From an uncultured Gemmatimonadaceae bacterium (GTDB taxonomy: Bacteria; Gemmatimonadota; Gemmatimonadetes; Gemmatimonadales; Gemmatimonadaceae): DNA of 64,000 nt. Under the pieces are notes generated by a model that was not told the DNA's origin, made no database searches, and was given only the letters and a program-made list of their open reading frames with translations. The position numbers and the translations under genes are program-made. Below, one piece after another: positions 1-10,379 of this stretch. The stretch covers positions 608,001-672,000 of the forward strand of contig CAWJMB010000002.1 in NCBI GenBank assembly GCA_963843845.1, read 5' to 3'. Within the stretch, counting starts at the first letter, position 1; every line of letters starts with the position of its first letter.

Positions 1-979
1 GCCACCTCGCGCTGTCGCGCGTCGAACGGGTGGGGCGCGCTCGTGACGACGCACAGCACGGCGACGACAGTGTCGCCGTCGACCAGTGGCGCGACGATCG
101 TCGAGCGTGTGGCGTGATGGACGGCGACTCGGCGGTGCGTGATGGCGTCGTGGACGGGGAGGGGGCGCGGACCGTCATCGCGTCGTCCTGCGCGCCGGCG
201 AGCGTGCCGAGCGCCGCGGCGACGCGCCATTCGGCGCCGGGGGCGCGGTCGAGCGCGGGTGACGTCACGATGCACGCGCCGTCCCCATCGAGCAGTGTCT
301 GCGCCGCGTGCGCCAACTGGCCGAGCGCCGCCGCGTCGAGGTGCGGGGCCGCCGCGCCGCTCGGTCGGGCCGACGCGTCGGTCGGCGGCGCGCTGGGAGG
401 TGCCGCGTCGGCGAGGGCGTGCGGCGGCCGGTCGGCGCGCGAGCGAAGGAACCGGATCGACACGACGTGCGTCGCGTCGTCGCGCCGTGACACCCGCCAG
501 CGCGATTCCGGTCTCCCGGCCGCGTCGTGCAGCGTGTAGGCCGCCGCGTCGGTGTCGCGCGCGCGGAGCGCGCGTAGCGCCGCATCGAGCGCCAGCGACG
601 CCCCACCGTCGCCGAGCCGGTGGAGCGTGCGGGCCGCGTCGAGCCCGATCGTCGCGACCGCGGACGGGGCGCCGAGGAGGCGCGCGGCGGGGAGGTTCGC
701 GTACATCACCGTGCCGTGCGCGTCGAGCTGCATCACGCCGTCGTCACGCGCGTCGCGGTCGTGACGGTCGTCGTGCGCGTCGCGCCGCCGGTCATGGCGT
801 TCCCACTCGTCGCGCTCCCACCCGTCGCGCTCGCATGCATCGCGCTCGCATGCATCGCGCTCGCGACCGCTGCGATGTGCCGACGTCCGGACGAGTAGCG
901 CGCCGTCGGGCGCGCGGTGGTCGCGGTGGTCGCGATCGGAGCGCGCGTGGCGGGCAGAGCGGCGCGAGCGGTCGGGCAC
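1..979 (-). CDS. PAS/GAF-type sensor protein, N-terminal part (runs off left edge; start uncertain)
   Basis: Minus-strand frame open to the window edge (not in ORF track). My manual translation includes GVMQLDAHGTVMYANLPAARLLG (PAS-like) and a later GAF-like segment (LAHAAQTLLDGDGACIV). Possible GTG at 979. Confidence 0.5.
   Translation of the reverse strand, partial: MPDRSRRSARHARSDRDHRDHRAPDGALLVRTSAHRSGRERDACERDACERDGWERDEWERHDRRRDAHDDRHDRDARDDGVMQLDAHGTVMYANLPAARLLGAPSAVATIGLDAARTLHRLGDGGASLALDAALRALRARDTDAAAYTLHDAAGRPESRWRVSRRDDATHVVSIRFLRSRADRPPHALADAAPPSAPPTDASARPSGAAAPHLDAAALGQLAHAAQTLLDGDGACIVTSPALDRAPGAEWRVAAALGTLAGAQDDAMTVRAPSPSTTPSRTAESPSITPHARRSSRHWSTATLSSPCCASSRARPTRSTRDSARW
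798..865. repeat. Imperfect 15-bp tandem repeat (about 4.5 units)
   Basis: cgttcccactcgtcg/cgctcccacccgtcg/cgctcgcatgcatcg/cgctcgcatgcatcg; encodes ERDAC-ERDAC-ERDGW-ERDEW in the minus frame. Confidence 0.8.
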
Positions 980-1073
980 GGAGTCGACGACGCGAGGTGG
1001 GGGCGGGCGACGCGCGGTGGATGCCGAGCGCGCGCGCCGTCACCGACGCGACGGCGCGCGAGCAATGTACGCG

Positions 1074-1909
1074 TCAGTCCACGAACGTCACGTCCACCGC
1101 GTGCGGAATCACGCCGGACTCGGCGCCCCGCCGCAGGAACAGCCGGACCGCGTCGCGCCCGCGGTCGCCGTAGTCGAGCGTCCAGTCGTTCACGTACATG
1201 CCGACGAATTCGTCGGCCTCGCGCGGGTCGAGCCCGCGGGCGTATCGCATGGCGTGGCTCAGCGCGTCGCCGCGGTGCTCGAGTCCGTAGGCGATGCTCG
1301 CGCGCAGATGGCGCGACACCAGGCGGATCGTGTCCTCGCCCAGATCCTTGCGCACGACGTTGCCGCCTAGCGGCAGCGGCAGCCCGGTCTCACCATGCCA
1401 CCACACGCCCATGTCGGCGACGAGGTGCAGCCCGCGTGCGCCGAAGGTGAGTTGGCCTTCGTGGATGAGCAGCCCCGCGTCGACCTCGCCGCGCTCCACG
1501 ACGTCCTCGATCTGGTCGAACGGCGTCCACACCGGCGTGAAGTCGGGCTCGAAGAGGCGCAGCGCGAGGTAGGCGCTCGTGAGCGGCCCCGGCACGGCGA
1601 CGCGCAGCCCTTTCACGTCGGCGCGCGTCATCGGCGTGCGAGCCACGAGGCGGGGCCCGTACTGGTCGCCCATGGACGCGCCGTGCGGCAGCAGCGCGTA
1701 GCGGTCGGCGAGTACGCATAGGCGTGGATCGAGACCGCCGTGACTTCCAGCTCGCCGCGGCGCGCTCGCTGGTTGAGCGTCTCGATGTCCTGCAGCTCGT
1801 GGACGTAGCGCAGCCCCTCGGTGTCGATCTTGTCGTTGGCGAGCGCGTAGAACATGAACGCGTCGTCGGAGTCGGGGCTGTGGGCGACGTGGATCGTGCG
1901 GGTGGGCAT
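1074..1909 (-). CDS. mqnD: 1,4-dihydroxy-6-naphthoate synthase (MqnA/MqnD family), one apparent frameshift near 1712
   Basis: [14 protein letters not shown] and DIETLN in ORF 1628..1942 join [26 protein letters not shown] and MYVN in ORF 1074..1985. Confidence 0.85.
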
Positions 1910-1942
1910 GACGGGCCGGGACTCGGGGCTGTCGGGACTCAA

Positions 1943-1966
1943 GGATCGGGGATCGGGGATCGGGAC
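1943..1966. repeat. GGATCGG heptamer tandem x3
   Basis: ggatcgg-ggatcgg-ggatcgg-gac in the intergenic gap. Confidence 0.8.
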
Positions 1967-2009
1967 GTCGATGTGAACCGACCACCCACCCTCGATCCCG
2001 GGCCGTTCG

Positions 2010-2915
2010 TTATCTCTTCGCTGCCGCGAGCGCGTCGTCGATGTCGGCGGCGTGGCGCTGATACTCCGCGACGTTCTGCTGCCGCTCCCCCGCGCGTTCG
2101 GCGGCGAGCAGGCGCGACCGGAAGTCGGCGAGCGCCTTCGCGTCCTTGCGCTGCTCGGCGGCCCGCGTCGCGAGCACGAGGCCGAGCAGGTGCGTCGGGT
2201 TCTGCTCGAGGATCGTGTCGGCCTGCGCGCGCGCGACGTCCGCGCGCCCCGCGACCTCGGCGATGCGCCCCATGTCGTAGCGCTGGTCGAGGTCGACGGC
2301 GGCGCCCATCGCTTCGTAGTTCTGCAACGCCATCGCCGCGAAGAACGCGGCGCTGTCGGACTTGCCCTGGCTGCTCATCATCATGACGCGGTTGTAGAGC
2401 CGGTCCGCGATCTCGCGCGGCGTCATGTTCGCGAGGTTGGGCGCGCCGCTGCCGGCGGGTCCGCCTGGCGCGCCGCCGCCGGCGAACGGTCCGCCCGCCG
2501 CGCCGCCCGCCGCGCCGCCAGGCACCTCGCCGAGCGACGCCTGCGGCAGCGCGTTCGCGGAGCCGTCGAGGCCGGAGCCTTTCGCGGCGCCGAAGTTCTT
2601 GCCGGCCGCCATCGCGGCGAGCGCGAGCAGCGCGACGAAGGCGACGCCCCAGGGCAGGATGCTCGCCGCGCGGTCGGGGCGGGCCGGAAGCGGAACGAGG
2701 CCCGCGGCGGCGAGACCCGCGGCCGCTCGCGCCGGGGCGCCGGCGGCGAGGCCGCAGCGGTGGCAGAACTTCGCGCCGGCCGAGAGCGGGGCGGCGCAGC
2801 TCGCGCACGCCGCGCCACCCATGGAGGCGCCGCACGCCGAGCAGAAGCGGCCCGCGCTGGACTCGCCGCACGCGGGGCAGGTGCTCGTGGTCGCCGAAGG
2901 AGCAGGGGAGGACAT
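2010..2915 (-). CDS. Double zinc-ribbon membrane protein with C-terminal TPR-like helices
   Basis: Four CxxC pairs (CPAC, CSAC, CASC, CHRC), one TM helix ([17 protein letters not shown]), Gly-rich linker, helical C-terminus. Confidence 0.75.
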   Translation of the reverse strand: MSSPAPSATTSTCPACGESSAGRFCSACGASMGGAACASCAAPLSAGAKFCHRCGLAAGAPARAAAGLAAAGLVPLPARPDRAASILPWGVAFVALLALAAMAAGKNFGAAKGSGLDGSANALPQASLGEVPGGAAGGAAGGPFAGGGAPGGPAGSGAPNLANMTPREIADRLYNRVMMMSSQGKSDSAAFFAAMALQNYEAMGAAVDLDQRYDMGRIAEVAGRADVARAQADTILEQNPTHLLGLVLATRAAEQRKDAKALADFRSRLLAAERAGERQQNVAEYQRHAADIDDALAAAKR

Positions 2916-2977
2916 GGCCGCAAGCTAACCCGACTGTCGTCCGGGGCGCAGCGAGGCCTGCGCCCGGGACGACGGCG

Positions 2978-3394
2978 TTACGGCTGTGAGATCTGCTCGA
3001 TCGTCTTCTCCACGCGGCTGCCGTCGGCCTCGAGCACGACGTCGGCCTGCGACACGATGCCGACGACCACGCCGCCCTCGTCGACGATCGGGACGCGGCG
3101 CACCTGCTCGTCGGCCATGACGCGCATGACGTCCTTCACGCTGTCGTCCGGGCGGCAGCTCTTCGGCGACGGCGACATCGCGTCGCGCACCTGTGCCGAC
3201 GTCATCCCTTCGGCGACGACGCGGATCGCGATGTCGCGGTCGGTGATCATCCCGATGAGCCGGCGCGATCCCTCGGCGTCGACGACCGGCAGCGCGCCGG
3301 TGTCCTCGGTCTTCATGAGCCGTGCCGCCTCCTGCACCGGGGTCTCCGGCGTGACGACGCGCGGGTTCGCCGTCATGATGTCTCTGGCTTTCAT
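2978..3394 (-). CDS. CBS-domain pair protein
   Basis: ARDIMT..P, LPVVD, GMITDRDI, RRVPIVD, GIVSQAD. Confidence 0.9.
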   Translation of the reverse strand: MKARDIMTANPRVVTPETPVQEAARLMKTEDTGALPVVDAEGSRRLIGMITDRDIAIRVVAEGMTSAQVRDAMSPSPKSCRPDDSVKDVMRVMADEQVRRVPIVDEGGVVVGIVSQADVVLEADGSRVEKTIEQISQP

Positions 3395-3462
3395 CGTGTC
3401 GCTCTCTGGGTGTGGGTCGTACCGAGAGGGGCAAGCGACGTACCCGGGCTATCTTATCGCCC

Positions 3463-4816
3463 ATGCCCACCGAGACTCCGACCGCGAAATCGTTGCTCGC
3501 GCGCGCGACCGACGAGCAGATCCGCTTCCTGCGCCTGCAGTTCACCGACATCCTCGGCGTCAACAAGAACGTCGAGATGCCGGCGTCGCAGTTCGAGAAG
3601 GCGCTCGCCGGCGACATCATGTTCGACGGCATCTCGCATCGAGGGGTTCGTGCGCATCGAGGAGAGCGACATGCTGCTCGCGCCCGACCTCTCGACGTTT
3701 CGGGTGCTTCCCGTGGGGCGATCCGGAGGCGACGCGTGGCGCGCGTGATCTGCGACGTCACGATGCCCGACGGCACGCCGTTCGCCGGCGATCCGCGCGG
3801 GGCGCTCAAGCGCGCAGCTCGCGCGACGCGGCGGCGATGGGCTTCACGATGAACGCGGGGATGGAGGCGGAGTTCTTCCTGTTCAAGCGCGGGCCGAGAC
3901 GGGCGAGCGCGACGACGAAGACGCACGACGTCGGCGGCTACTTCGACCTCGCGCCGGTGGACCTGCGGCGAGGACGCGCGCCGCGCGATCGTGGACGACG
4001 CTCGAGCAGATGGGCTTCGAGGTGGAGGCGGCGCACCACGAGGTGGCGCACGGCCAGCACGAGATCGACTTCCGCTACGCCGACGCGCTCACGCACGGCC
4101 GACAACATCGCGACGTTCCGCTTCGTCGTGAAGCACGTGGCGCAGCAGTTCGGGCTCGTCGCGTCGTTCATGCCGAAGCCGATCTTCGGGCAGAACGGCA
4201 GCGGCATGCACACGCACCAGTCGCTGTTCAAGGGCAGGAAGAACGCGTTCTGGGACGCCGACGCCGAGTGGGAGCTGTCGCGCGACGGCGCTGCACTACA
4301 TCGGCGGGCTGCTGCGCCACGCGCGCGGCATGTGCGCGATCACGAACCCGCTGGTGAACTCGTACAAGCGCCTCGTGCCGGGCTACGAGGCGCCGGTGAA
4401 CGTCGCGTGGAGCATGCGCAACCGCTCGCCGATGATCCGCGTCCCCGAGCGGCGCGGCGCTCGGCACGCGCGTCGAGCTGCGCGATGCCCGATCCGGCGG
4501 CGAACCCGTACCTCGCGCTCGCCGTGATGCTCGCCGCGGGGCTCGACGGCATCGAGACGCAGGCCGACTAGCGCGAGCCGGTGAACGAGAACATCTGGGA
4601 GATGAGCTTCCGCGAGCAGCGGCGGCTGCGCATCGACGACCTGCCGCACGACCTCAACGAGGCGTGCGACGAGCTGGAGAAGAACGACGTCGTGACAGGC
4701 GGCGCTGGGCGAGCACATCACCGAGCACTTCCTGGCGGCGAAGCGGCAGGAGTGGCGCGAGTACATCACGCAGGTGACGGCGTGGGAGCTGGAGCAGCTA
4801 CCTGGCGAAGTACTGA
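3463..4816 (+). CDS. glnA: Glutamine synthetase type I (alpha-like), heavily frameshifted with one in-frame TAG; probable sequencing errors, pseudogene not excluded
   Basis: Fragments across frames: [81 protein letters not shown]. Confidence 0.9.
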
Positions 4817-4828
4817 GCCGTCCGGCGG

Positions 4829-7311
4829 TCAGCCTTCGTCTCGCAACGCCTCGGTCGGCTGAATGCGGAGTGCCCGTCGCGTCGGGACGACGCACGCGAC
4901 CGCACAGCACAGCGCCGTCGACAGCGCGAAGACCGCCGTCATGCCGAAGTCGTCGAGGTGCACGTCCGACAGGTCGTTGTTCGCGAGACCGAGCGCCAGG
5001 ATCGCCCCGACGCCGATGCCCAGCGCGATCTGCACCAGCGGGCGCCTGAACACGGCCGTCAGGACGTGCAGCGGCCGCGCGCCGAGCGCGACGCGGACGC
5101 CGATCTCCCGCGTCCGCTTGGCGACGGCGAAGGCCGTCACCGCATAGACGCCGGCGAGCGACAACATCAGGGTCACGGTCGTCAGGCTGATCAGGAGCTC
5201 CAACCAGAACGCGTTCGTGGACTCCCGCAGACGGGACAGCGGCTTCGGGTCGATCACGCGGAGCGCGGGATCCGTCACGAGCGCGAGCTCGCGGAGACGC
5301 ACCGCAAACCGCTGCGGATCGCCGCGCACGTGAATGGCGACGCGGAGCGGACCGGTGTCCTTCGGCAACGTCGCCTCGAAGATGCGGGCTCGGCCGAGAT
5401 CGCCGTCGTTGGCGCGGTTCACGCCGAGGTCAGGCACGACGCCGACGATGTCGTACCACGACTCGGCGGTGACCTCGCGAGTCGATGAGTAGCGAAACCG
5501 GCGGCCGATCGGGTTCCGGCCGCCCATGACCCGATCGACGAAGAACTCGTTGACGAGTACGGCACGTGTCTGCTGTTCCGCGTCGGCCGTCGTCAACGCC
5601 CGGCCGCGAATCACGGGCGCGCCGACCGCGTCGAAGAATCGCGGATCGACGGAGACGATCCCGGCGCAGTACCCACCCACACAGCGTTCGCTGTGCTCGG
5701 CGGCCGGACCCGGGTCCATCGTGATCCCGCGCCACCGGGTGCGCATCAGCGGCATCTGATCGGCGTACGTGACGTCCAGCACGCCCGGCTCCTGTCGCAG
5801 CCGGTCGGCGAGCGCGCGGTAGCGCGTCTCGAGCCGCGCCGCCCGCACCGCCGGCACCGTGTCGCCACTCTCCGCGACGCCGTCCAGGCGATCGACGGCG
5901 AGCGTGGCCGTGAGAAATGCGTCGGCCGGGAATCCTGCCGGCGTGTCGCGCGTGCCGTCGCCTCCCACGCCGATCAGCGGCACCGGCAGCATCGTCGTGA
6001 GCGCGAGCTGCGCGACGATGACCACGGTCCACACGCCGCCGAACTGCAACCCGCCGCCGCCGCTCGACGCGGCGCGGAGCCTGCCGACCGACACGGCGCG
6101 ACGTCACCTTGAGCGCGGGCACGACGCCGGCGATCGCCGCCGCGAACAGCGTCAGGGCGGCGGCATACAGCATCGTCGTCGTCGACAGCGAGGTGTCGAT
6201 CCAGAACGGCAACGGACCCGTTCGCCCTTCGAACTCCGCCCACGCCCGCGCGAGCACGACGCGCGCGACCAGGAGACCGACCACCGCGCCGACCGCGCAC
6301 AGGAGGAGCGCCTCGGCGAAGAGCTGCGTGAGGATGCGCCCGCGGCTGGCGCCGAGCGCGGCGCGAACCAGGAGCTCCCGCTCTCGGCTCACGGCGCGGG
6401 CGAACAGCAGCATGGCGACGTTGCCGCACAACAGCGCGGCCAACAGCACGAGGAACACGTTGATCGACGCCAGGACCACCGCCGCGATGTCCGGCAAGTC
6501 GCTGACGGCGTCGGGCAGCGAGAGAAGCTTGCAGGCGCACATTCCTGTGCGTCTCCGGAAACATCGTCGCCGCCCGGGCGCCCATCGTCGCCGCCTCGGC
6601 GGTCGCTTCGGCGCGAGTGCGGCCCGGCGCCAGCCGCCCGAAGACGTAGCGCAGGCTCGGCGAAGCCGCGGGAATCCGCTCGAGATGCAGCGGCCGCCAG
6701 ACGCCGTTCCGCTGCGGAAATCCGTAGCCGCGCGGCATCACGCCGACGATCGTGACGGGCGTGCCGCTGATGCGGATGACGCGGCCGACGGCGTCTGCCG
6801 CGCCGGCCAGCTCGTGCTTCCAGAAGTCGTATCCGACCACCACGACCTCGTCCGCGCCGCCCCGTTCGTCGGCGTCGAGCAGCGTGCGTCCCATCAACGC
6901 TGGCACGCGCGTGAGCGCGAAGGTCGACGCGGTGACGCTGGCGACGGTCTCCGGCTGACCGGGACCGGCGCCGACGGCGACGCTGCGCTCGTCCACCTGG
7001 ACGGCGCCGAGGTCGGTGATCGCGCGGAGGCCGTCGCGCCACAGCTCGTAATCGCGCCGCGACGCGGCGATCCCCGTGTTGTCGGCGACGTTCCAGCTCC
7101 GCAGCGCGACGATCGCGTCGCCGTCCGGGAGCGGAATCGTCGGCCAGAGCGCCTGCCGCGCGACCTCGAACCCGACGGTGCCGACGGCGATCGCGAACGC
7201 GACCGCAACCGTTGCGATCGCGGTGAGCGCAGGGTGCTTGACCAGCATGCGACCGGCGAGCCGGAGGTCGAGCCCCGAGACGCGAAGACTGTCGAGCGCG
7301 CGCGATCCCAT
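4829..7311 (-). CDS. ADOP/MacB-FtsX-type duplicated ABC permease (frameshifts near 6095 and 6530)
   Basis: DLRLAGRMLVKHP, TIVGVMP.GYGFP, RERELLVRAALGASRGRI, RTREIGVRVALGA, PTRRALRIQPTEALRDE. Confidence 0.85.
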
Positions 7312-7426
7312 GAGGAGACGGGCGGAGTGCCTGTGTTGGAGCTCGTGGCCCCTTTGTCGAAGCGATCGGCTCGCTACGCTCGCTCGTCGCCTTTCGTTTC
7401 ACGGCGCCCCAGGCGACTCCCGGGAG

Positions 7427-7750
7427 TCAGGCCGTTGGGCGCGGCACGACGTGCGCGCAGCCACTCGGCGAACGCCTCTTCGTCGAGGACCCCGTCGCTA
7501 GCCCGAACGCGTACGCGGCCGCGAGTCGCGGCAGATCACCGCCGACGTAGGCGAAGAGATTCTGCGGACGGGCGAGCGCGGACTCGATCGGGTTTTCGCT
7601 GCTGACGCCTGCGAGACCGCCGTGCTGTGCGAGTCGCTCGTCGTGCAGCATGTCGACGATCTGTCGAGTGAGCCACCGGGGCTCGTCGGGAGCCGCCCGG
7701 TACTCGGACGCAGGACGCTCGCGAACACGGCGCTGTGCAGTTGTCGTCAT
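7427..7750 (-). pseudogene. Doc/Fic-family toxin remnant with internal deletion of the catalytic motif
   Basis: N-terminus EPRWLT..H...LAQHGG..G, IESALARPQN, LAAAYAFGLA, then a jump into the C-terminal DGVLDEEAFAEWLR in another frame; HPFxDGNKR absent. Confidence 0.75.
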
Positions 7751-7757
7751 ATCCCCC

Positions 7758-7902
7758 TCACGCATCCGCGAGTGACTTGAGCGCGTTGCGGTACCGCCGA
7801 GCGATCCACTGAACGGAGGTCGAGCGCCTCGGTCATCGCCTTCGGCAGTGTGATGCCGAGCGAGTTGCCCTGGCGGCGGATCTTGAGCGTGACGGTCTGC
7901 AC
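7758..7902 (-). pseudogene. AbrB/MazE-type antitoxin remnant
   Basis: LKIRRQGNSLGITLPK (AbrB N-terminus); C-terminal RRYRNALKSLADA* lies in a different frame; middle missing. Confidence 0.7.
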
Positions 7903-7912
7903 GAGTGGCCCC

Positions 7913-7946
7913 GGCGTGAGGTAGTACATTGGTACTACCTCACGCC
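7913..7946. promoter_or_regulatory. Perfect 15-bp inverted repeat (TA operator or terminator)
   Basis: ggcgtgaggtagtac-attg-gtactacctcacgcc directly upstream of the antitoxin. Confidence 0.55.
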
Positions 7947-7960
7947 TGAGGAGCGAGCCC

Positions 7961-8164
7961 TCACGCCACGGCGGGCGTCGAGCGGCCGCGCCGGCCGCGG
8001 GTGACGAGGAGCAGCCCGCCCGCCAGTACGCGCAGCGCGAGCGCGCCGAGCCAGCCGCCGTCGCGCCCAGCGCCCCACCCGGCGCGCGCCTCGACCGCGG
8101 CGTTCAGGAGCTCGAACAGCCCGCCGAGCAGAACCAGGACCGCCACCGTGCGTTTCGTTCCCAT
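7961..8164 (-). CDS. Small two-TM membrane protein
   Basis: 67 aa with two hydrophobic segments. Confidence 0.5.
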   Translation of the reverse strand: MGTKRTVAVLVLLGGLFELLNAAVEARAGWGAGRDGGWLGALALRVLAGGLLLVTRGRRGRSTPAVA

Positions 8165-8214
8165 CGTGTCGACATTGGCTGTGCAAGTCGGTTCGTCTGG
8201 TACGTTCTAGAGAC

Positions 8215-8724
8215 ATGGACGACGCCGACCGGCTGTTCCGCGAGTACAACGCCCCGCTCGTGCGCTACCTCACCCGCCGCCTGGGCGACCGCGACTGGGC
8301 CGAGGAGGTGGCGCAGGAGACGTTTCTGCGCGCGCTCCGGCACGGCCCGGTCGAGCACGAGCGGGCGTGGCTGTTCGCCGTCGCCACGAACCTCGTGCGC
8401 GACGAGGCGCGGAAGGACGCGCGCCGGCGCCGGCATCTCGAGCTGCTGCGTGTGGAAACCGCTGACGACCACGTCGAGCCGGAGCCGACGACGCTCGAGC
8501 GGGCGCAGGAGGCTGCGCTCGCGCGGAAGGCGGTCGACGCGCTCGCGGAGCGCGACCGGATCGCGTTGCTCATGCGGGAGGAAGGGTTGGACTACCACGA
8601 GATCGCCGAGGCGACCGGGCTGTCGGTCGGCTCGATCGGGACGACGCTGTCGCGGGCGCGGCGGCGGCTCGTCGAGGCCTATGAGTCGCTCACCGCGGCG
8701 CGGAGGGATTCGCATGCGTCCTGA
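8215..8724 (+). CDS. ECF RNA polymerase sigma factor
   Basis: AEEVAQETFLRA, AWLFAVATNL (region 2); LDYHEIAEATGLSVGSIGTTLSRARRRL (region 4). Confidence 0.92.
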   Translation: MDDADRLFREYNAPLVRYLTRRLGDRDWAEEVAQETFLRALRHGPVEHERAWLFAVATNLVRDEARKDARRRRHLELLRVETADDHVEPEPTTLERAQEAALARKAVDALAERDRIALLMREEGLDYHEIAEATGLSVGSIGTTLSRARRRLVEAYESLTAARRDSHAS

Positions 8725-10261
8725 CGAGCGGAGGACGGACCACGTCGACGAAGGAGCCGTTCACGCGTGGCTCGACGGCGCACTGTCGGCCGGCGAGGGA
8801 GCGCTGATCGAGGAACACGTCACGGCGTGTTCAACATGTGCGGCGCTCGTCGCGGAAGCGCGTGGACTGATCGCAGCCTCGTCGCGGATCCTCGTCGCGC
8901 TCGACGACGTGCCGGGGGACGTGATCCCGTCGACGCGGCCGGCGTCGGTGCCACCTTCGCGGCCGATTCCAGTGGCGTTCGCCAACGACGTGCCGGCCAG
9001 CGCGCCGCCCGCGCTGCCGATCGAGACGGCGGTCACGCCGCTGCGACGGCCGGTGCGACGTGCGGTGCCGTGGATGCGGTCGTCCGCGTTCCGGGCCGCG
9101 GCGGCGATCGTCGTCATGGCCGGCGGGGCGTTCGTCGTGACGTCGCGGGCGGGCTTCGACCGCTCGGCTCCCAGCCCCGCGATCGACGCGGGGCGGGAAG
9201 CGGCGCCGGATGCGGTGCCGGCACCAGCGCTGGGATCCACCCCGGCCGGCGACGCGAACCGTGAAGTGGTCGCAACGCCGACGGCGCCGCCGCGCGATGA
9301 CGCGCGCGCCCGAGATCTGACGGAGCGTGAGACGTCGTCGGCGCAGCCGCCACAGCGCGCCGGCGGGCCGGCAGATCGCCGAGCTAGTGCCCCTGCCGCC
9401 TCGATGCCCGCACCGGCGCCGTCGGCCGAGCCGCCGGCGACCGCGCGCGCCCGCGTGACGGCTCCCGCGGCGAAGGTCGCGCCGCCGCCCGCCACGAACG
9501 CGGCCGACGCGGCGCTCGCGCAGACGCGCGTCGCCGAGGGAGCGCGTGGAGCCGCGACGGCAGGGGGAACGATCGCCGGGCGCGTCACCGACACCCGCGG
9601 CGCGCCGCTCGCCGGGGTGCGGGTCGAGATGGTGATCCCGCCGGGTGCTGGTGCGGCGGCGCGGAGCGTGGCGGCGGGCAGAGGGGCGGGAACGGTCACC
9701 GATTCGGCAGGGCGTTTCGTGCTCGCCGATGTCGTCCCCGGGGCGGCGACGGTCCGCGCCCGCGGGCTCGGCTTCGCGCCGACGGCGACGACGGTCGGCG
9801 TCGCGCCGGCGGAGACGACGCGCGCCACGCTGGCGCTCGCCCCGAGTGCGCTGCACCTCTCGGAGGTCGTCGTCACGAACGCTCCGGTCGCCACGAGCGC
9901 CGCGCCCGCCCCCACCGAGGCTCGGCGCGACGCGGCGGGGCGGAGCGACGCGCTGAAGCGCGTCGCGCCGGACGACGCGGTGCCGGGGTGCTACCGGCTG
10001 AGCGTCGGCGACTGGGCGCCGTCGGGGATGACGGACTCCGCGCTCCCGGCGACGCTTCGCCTCGACCGGCCGCCGACCGCGACGGCGCCGTGGACGCTCG
10101 CGACGAACGGCGTGCTCACCGTTCGGCGCGGCGCGGTGACGCTCACGCTGCGCGCGCGAGACGGCGGGTGGGACGGCGACGCGACGTCGGGCGTGCGGCG
10201 AGCGCCCGTCCGTCTCGTGCGCGAGACGACGTCCGCCGCGTGTGCCGCGCCTGCTCGGTGA
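8714..10261 (+). CDS. Zinc-finger anti-sigma factor with TM helix and periplasmic carboxypeptidase-regulatory-like domain
   Basis: H...WLDGAL...EEHVTACSTC (HxxxCxxC), TM AAAIVVMAGGAFVV, GTIAGRVTD..GAPL.GV, ARGLGF, LSEVVVT; overlaps the sigma stop. Confidence 0.8.
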   Translation: MRPDERRTDHVDEGAVHAWLDGALSAGEGALIEEHVTACSTCAALVAEARGLIAASSRILVALDDVPGDVIPSTRPASVPPSRPIPVAFANDVPASAPPALPIETAVTPLRRPVRRAVPWMRSSAFRAAAAIVVMAGGAFVVTSRAGFDRSAPSPAIDAGREAAPDAVPAPALGSTPAGDANREVVATPTAPPRDDARARDLTERETSSAQPPQRAGGPADRRASAPAASMPAPAPSAEPPATARARVTAPAAKVAPPPATNAADAALAQTRVAEGARGAATAGGTIAGRVTDTRGAPLAGVRVEMVIPPGAGAAARSVAAGRGAGTVTDSAGRFVLADVVPGAATVRARGLGFAPTATTVGVAPAETTRATLALAPSALHLSEVVVTNAPVATSAAPAPTEARRDAAGRSDALKRVAPDDAVPGCYRLSVGDWAPSGMTDSALPATLRLDRPPTATAPWTLATNGVLTVRRGAVTLTLRARDGGWDGDATSGVRRAPVRLVRETTSAACAAPAR

Positions 10262-10379
10262 CCGTCGGGCACGATCGTTAGGCGCGAAAGACGTTGCGGG
10301 CGGCGTGTGCAAGCCGCCGCCCGAGCGACGTCTCCCTGTCGAGAACCGCACGACTTCACGCTCGACAGGAGCCACCGCC

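Noticed and set aside
4569..4571. In-frame TAG in glnA as possible stop-codon recoding
   Set aside because: TAG is used as a normal stop elsewhere (21045, 33054, 34482), no pyrrolysine genes are seen, and the gene is full of other apparent errors.
4829..7960. Genomic island or mobile element around the TA relic
   Set aside because: No integrase, transposase, tRNA or flanking direct repeats detected.
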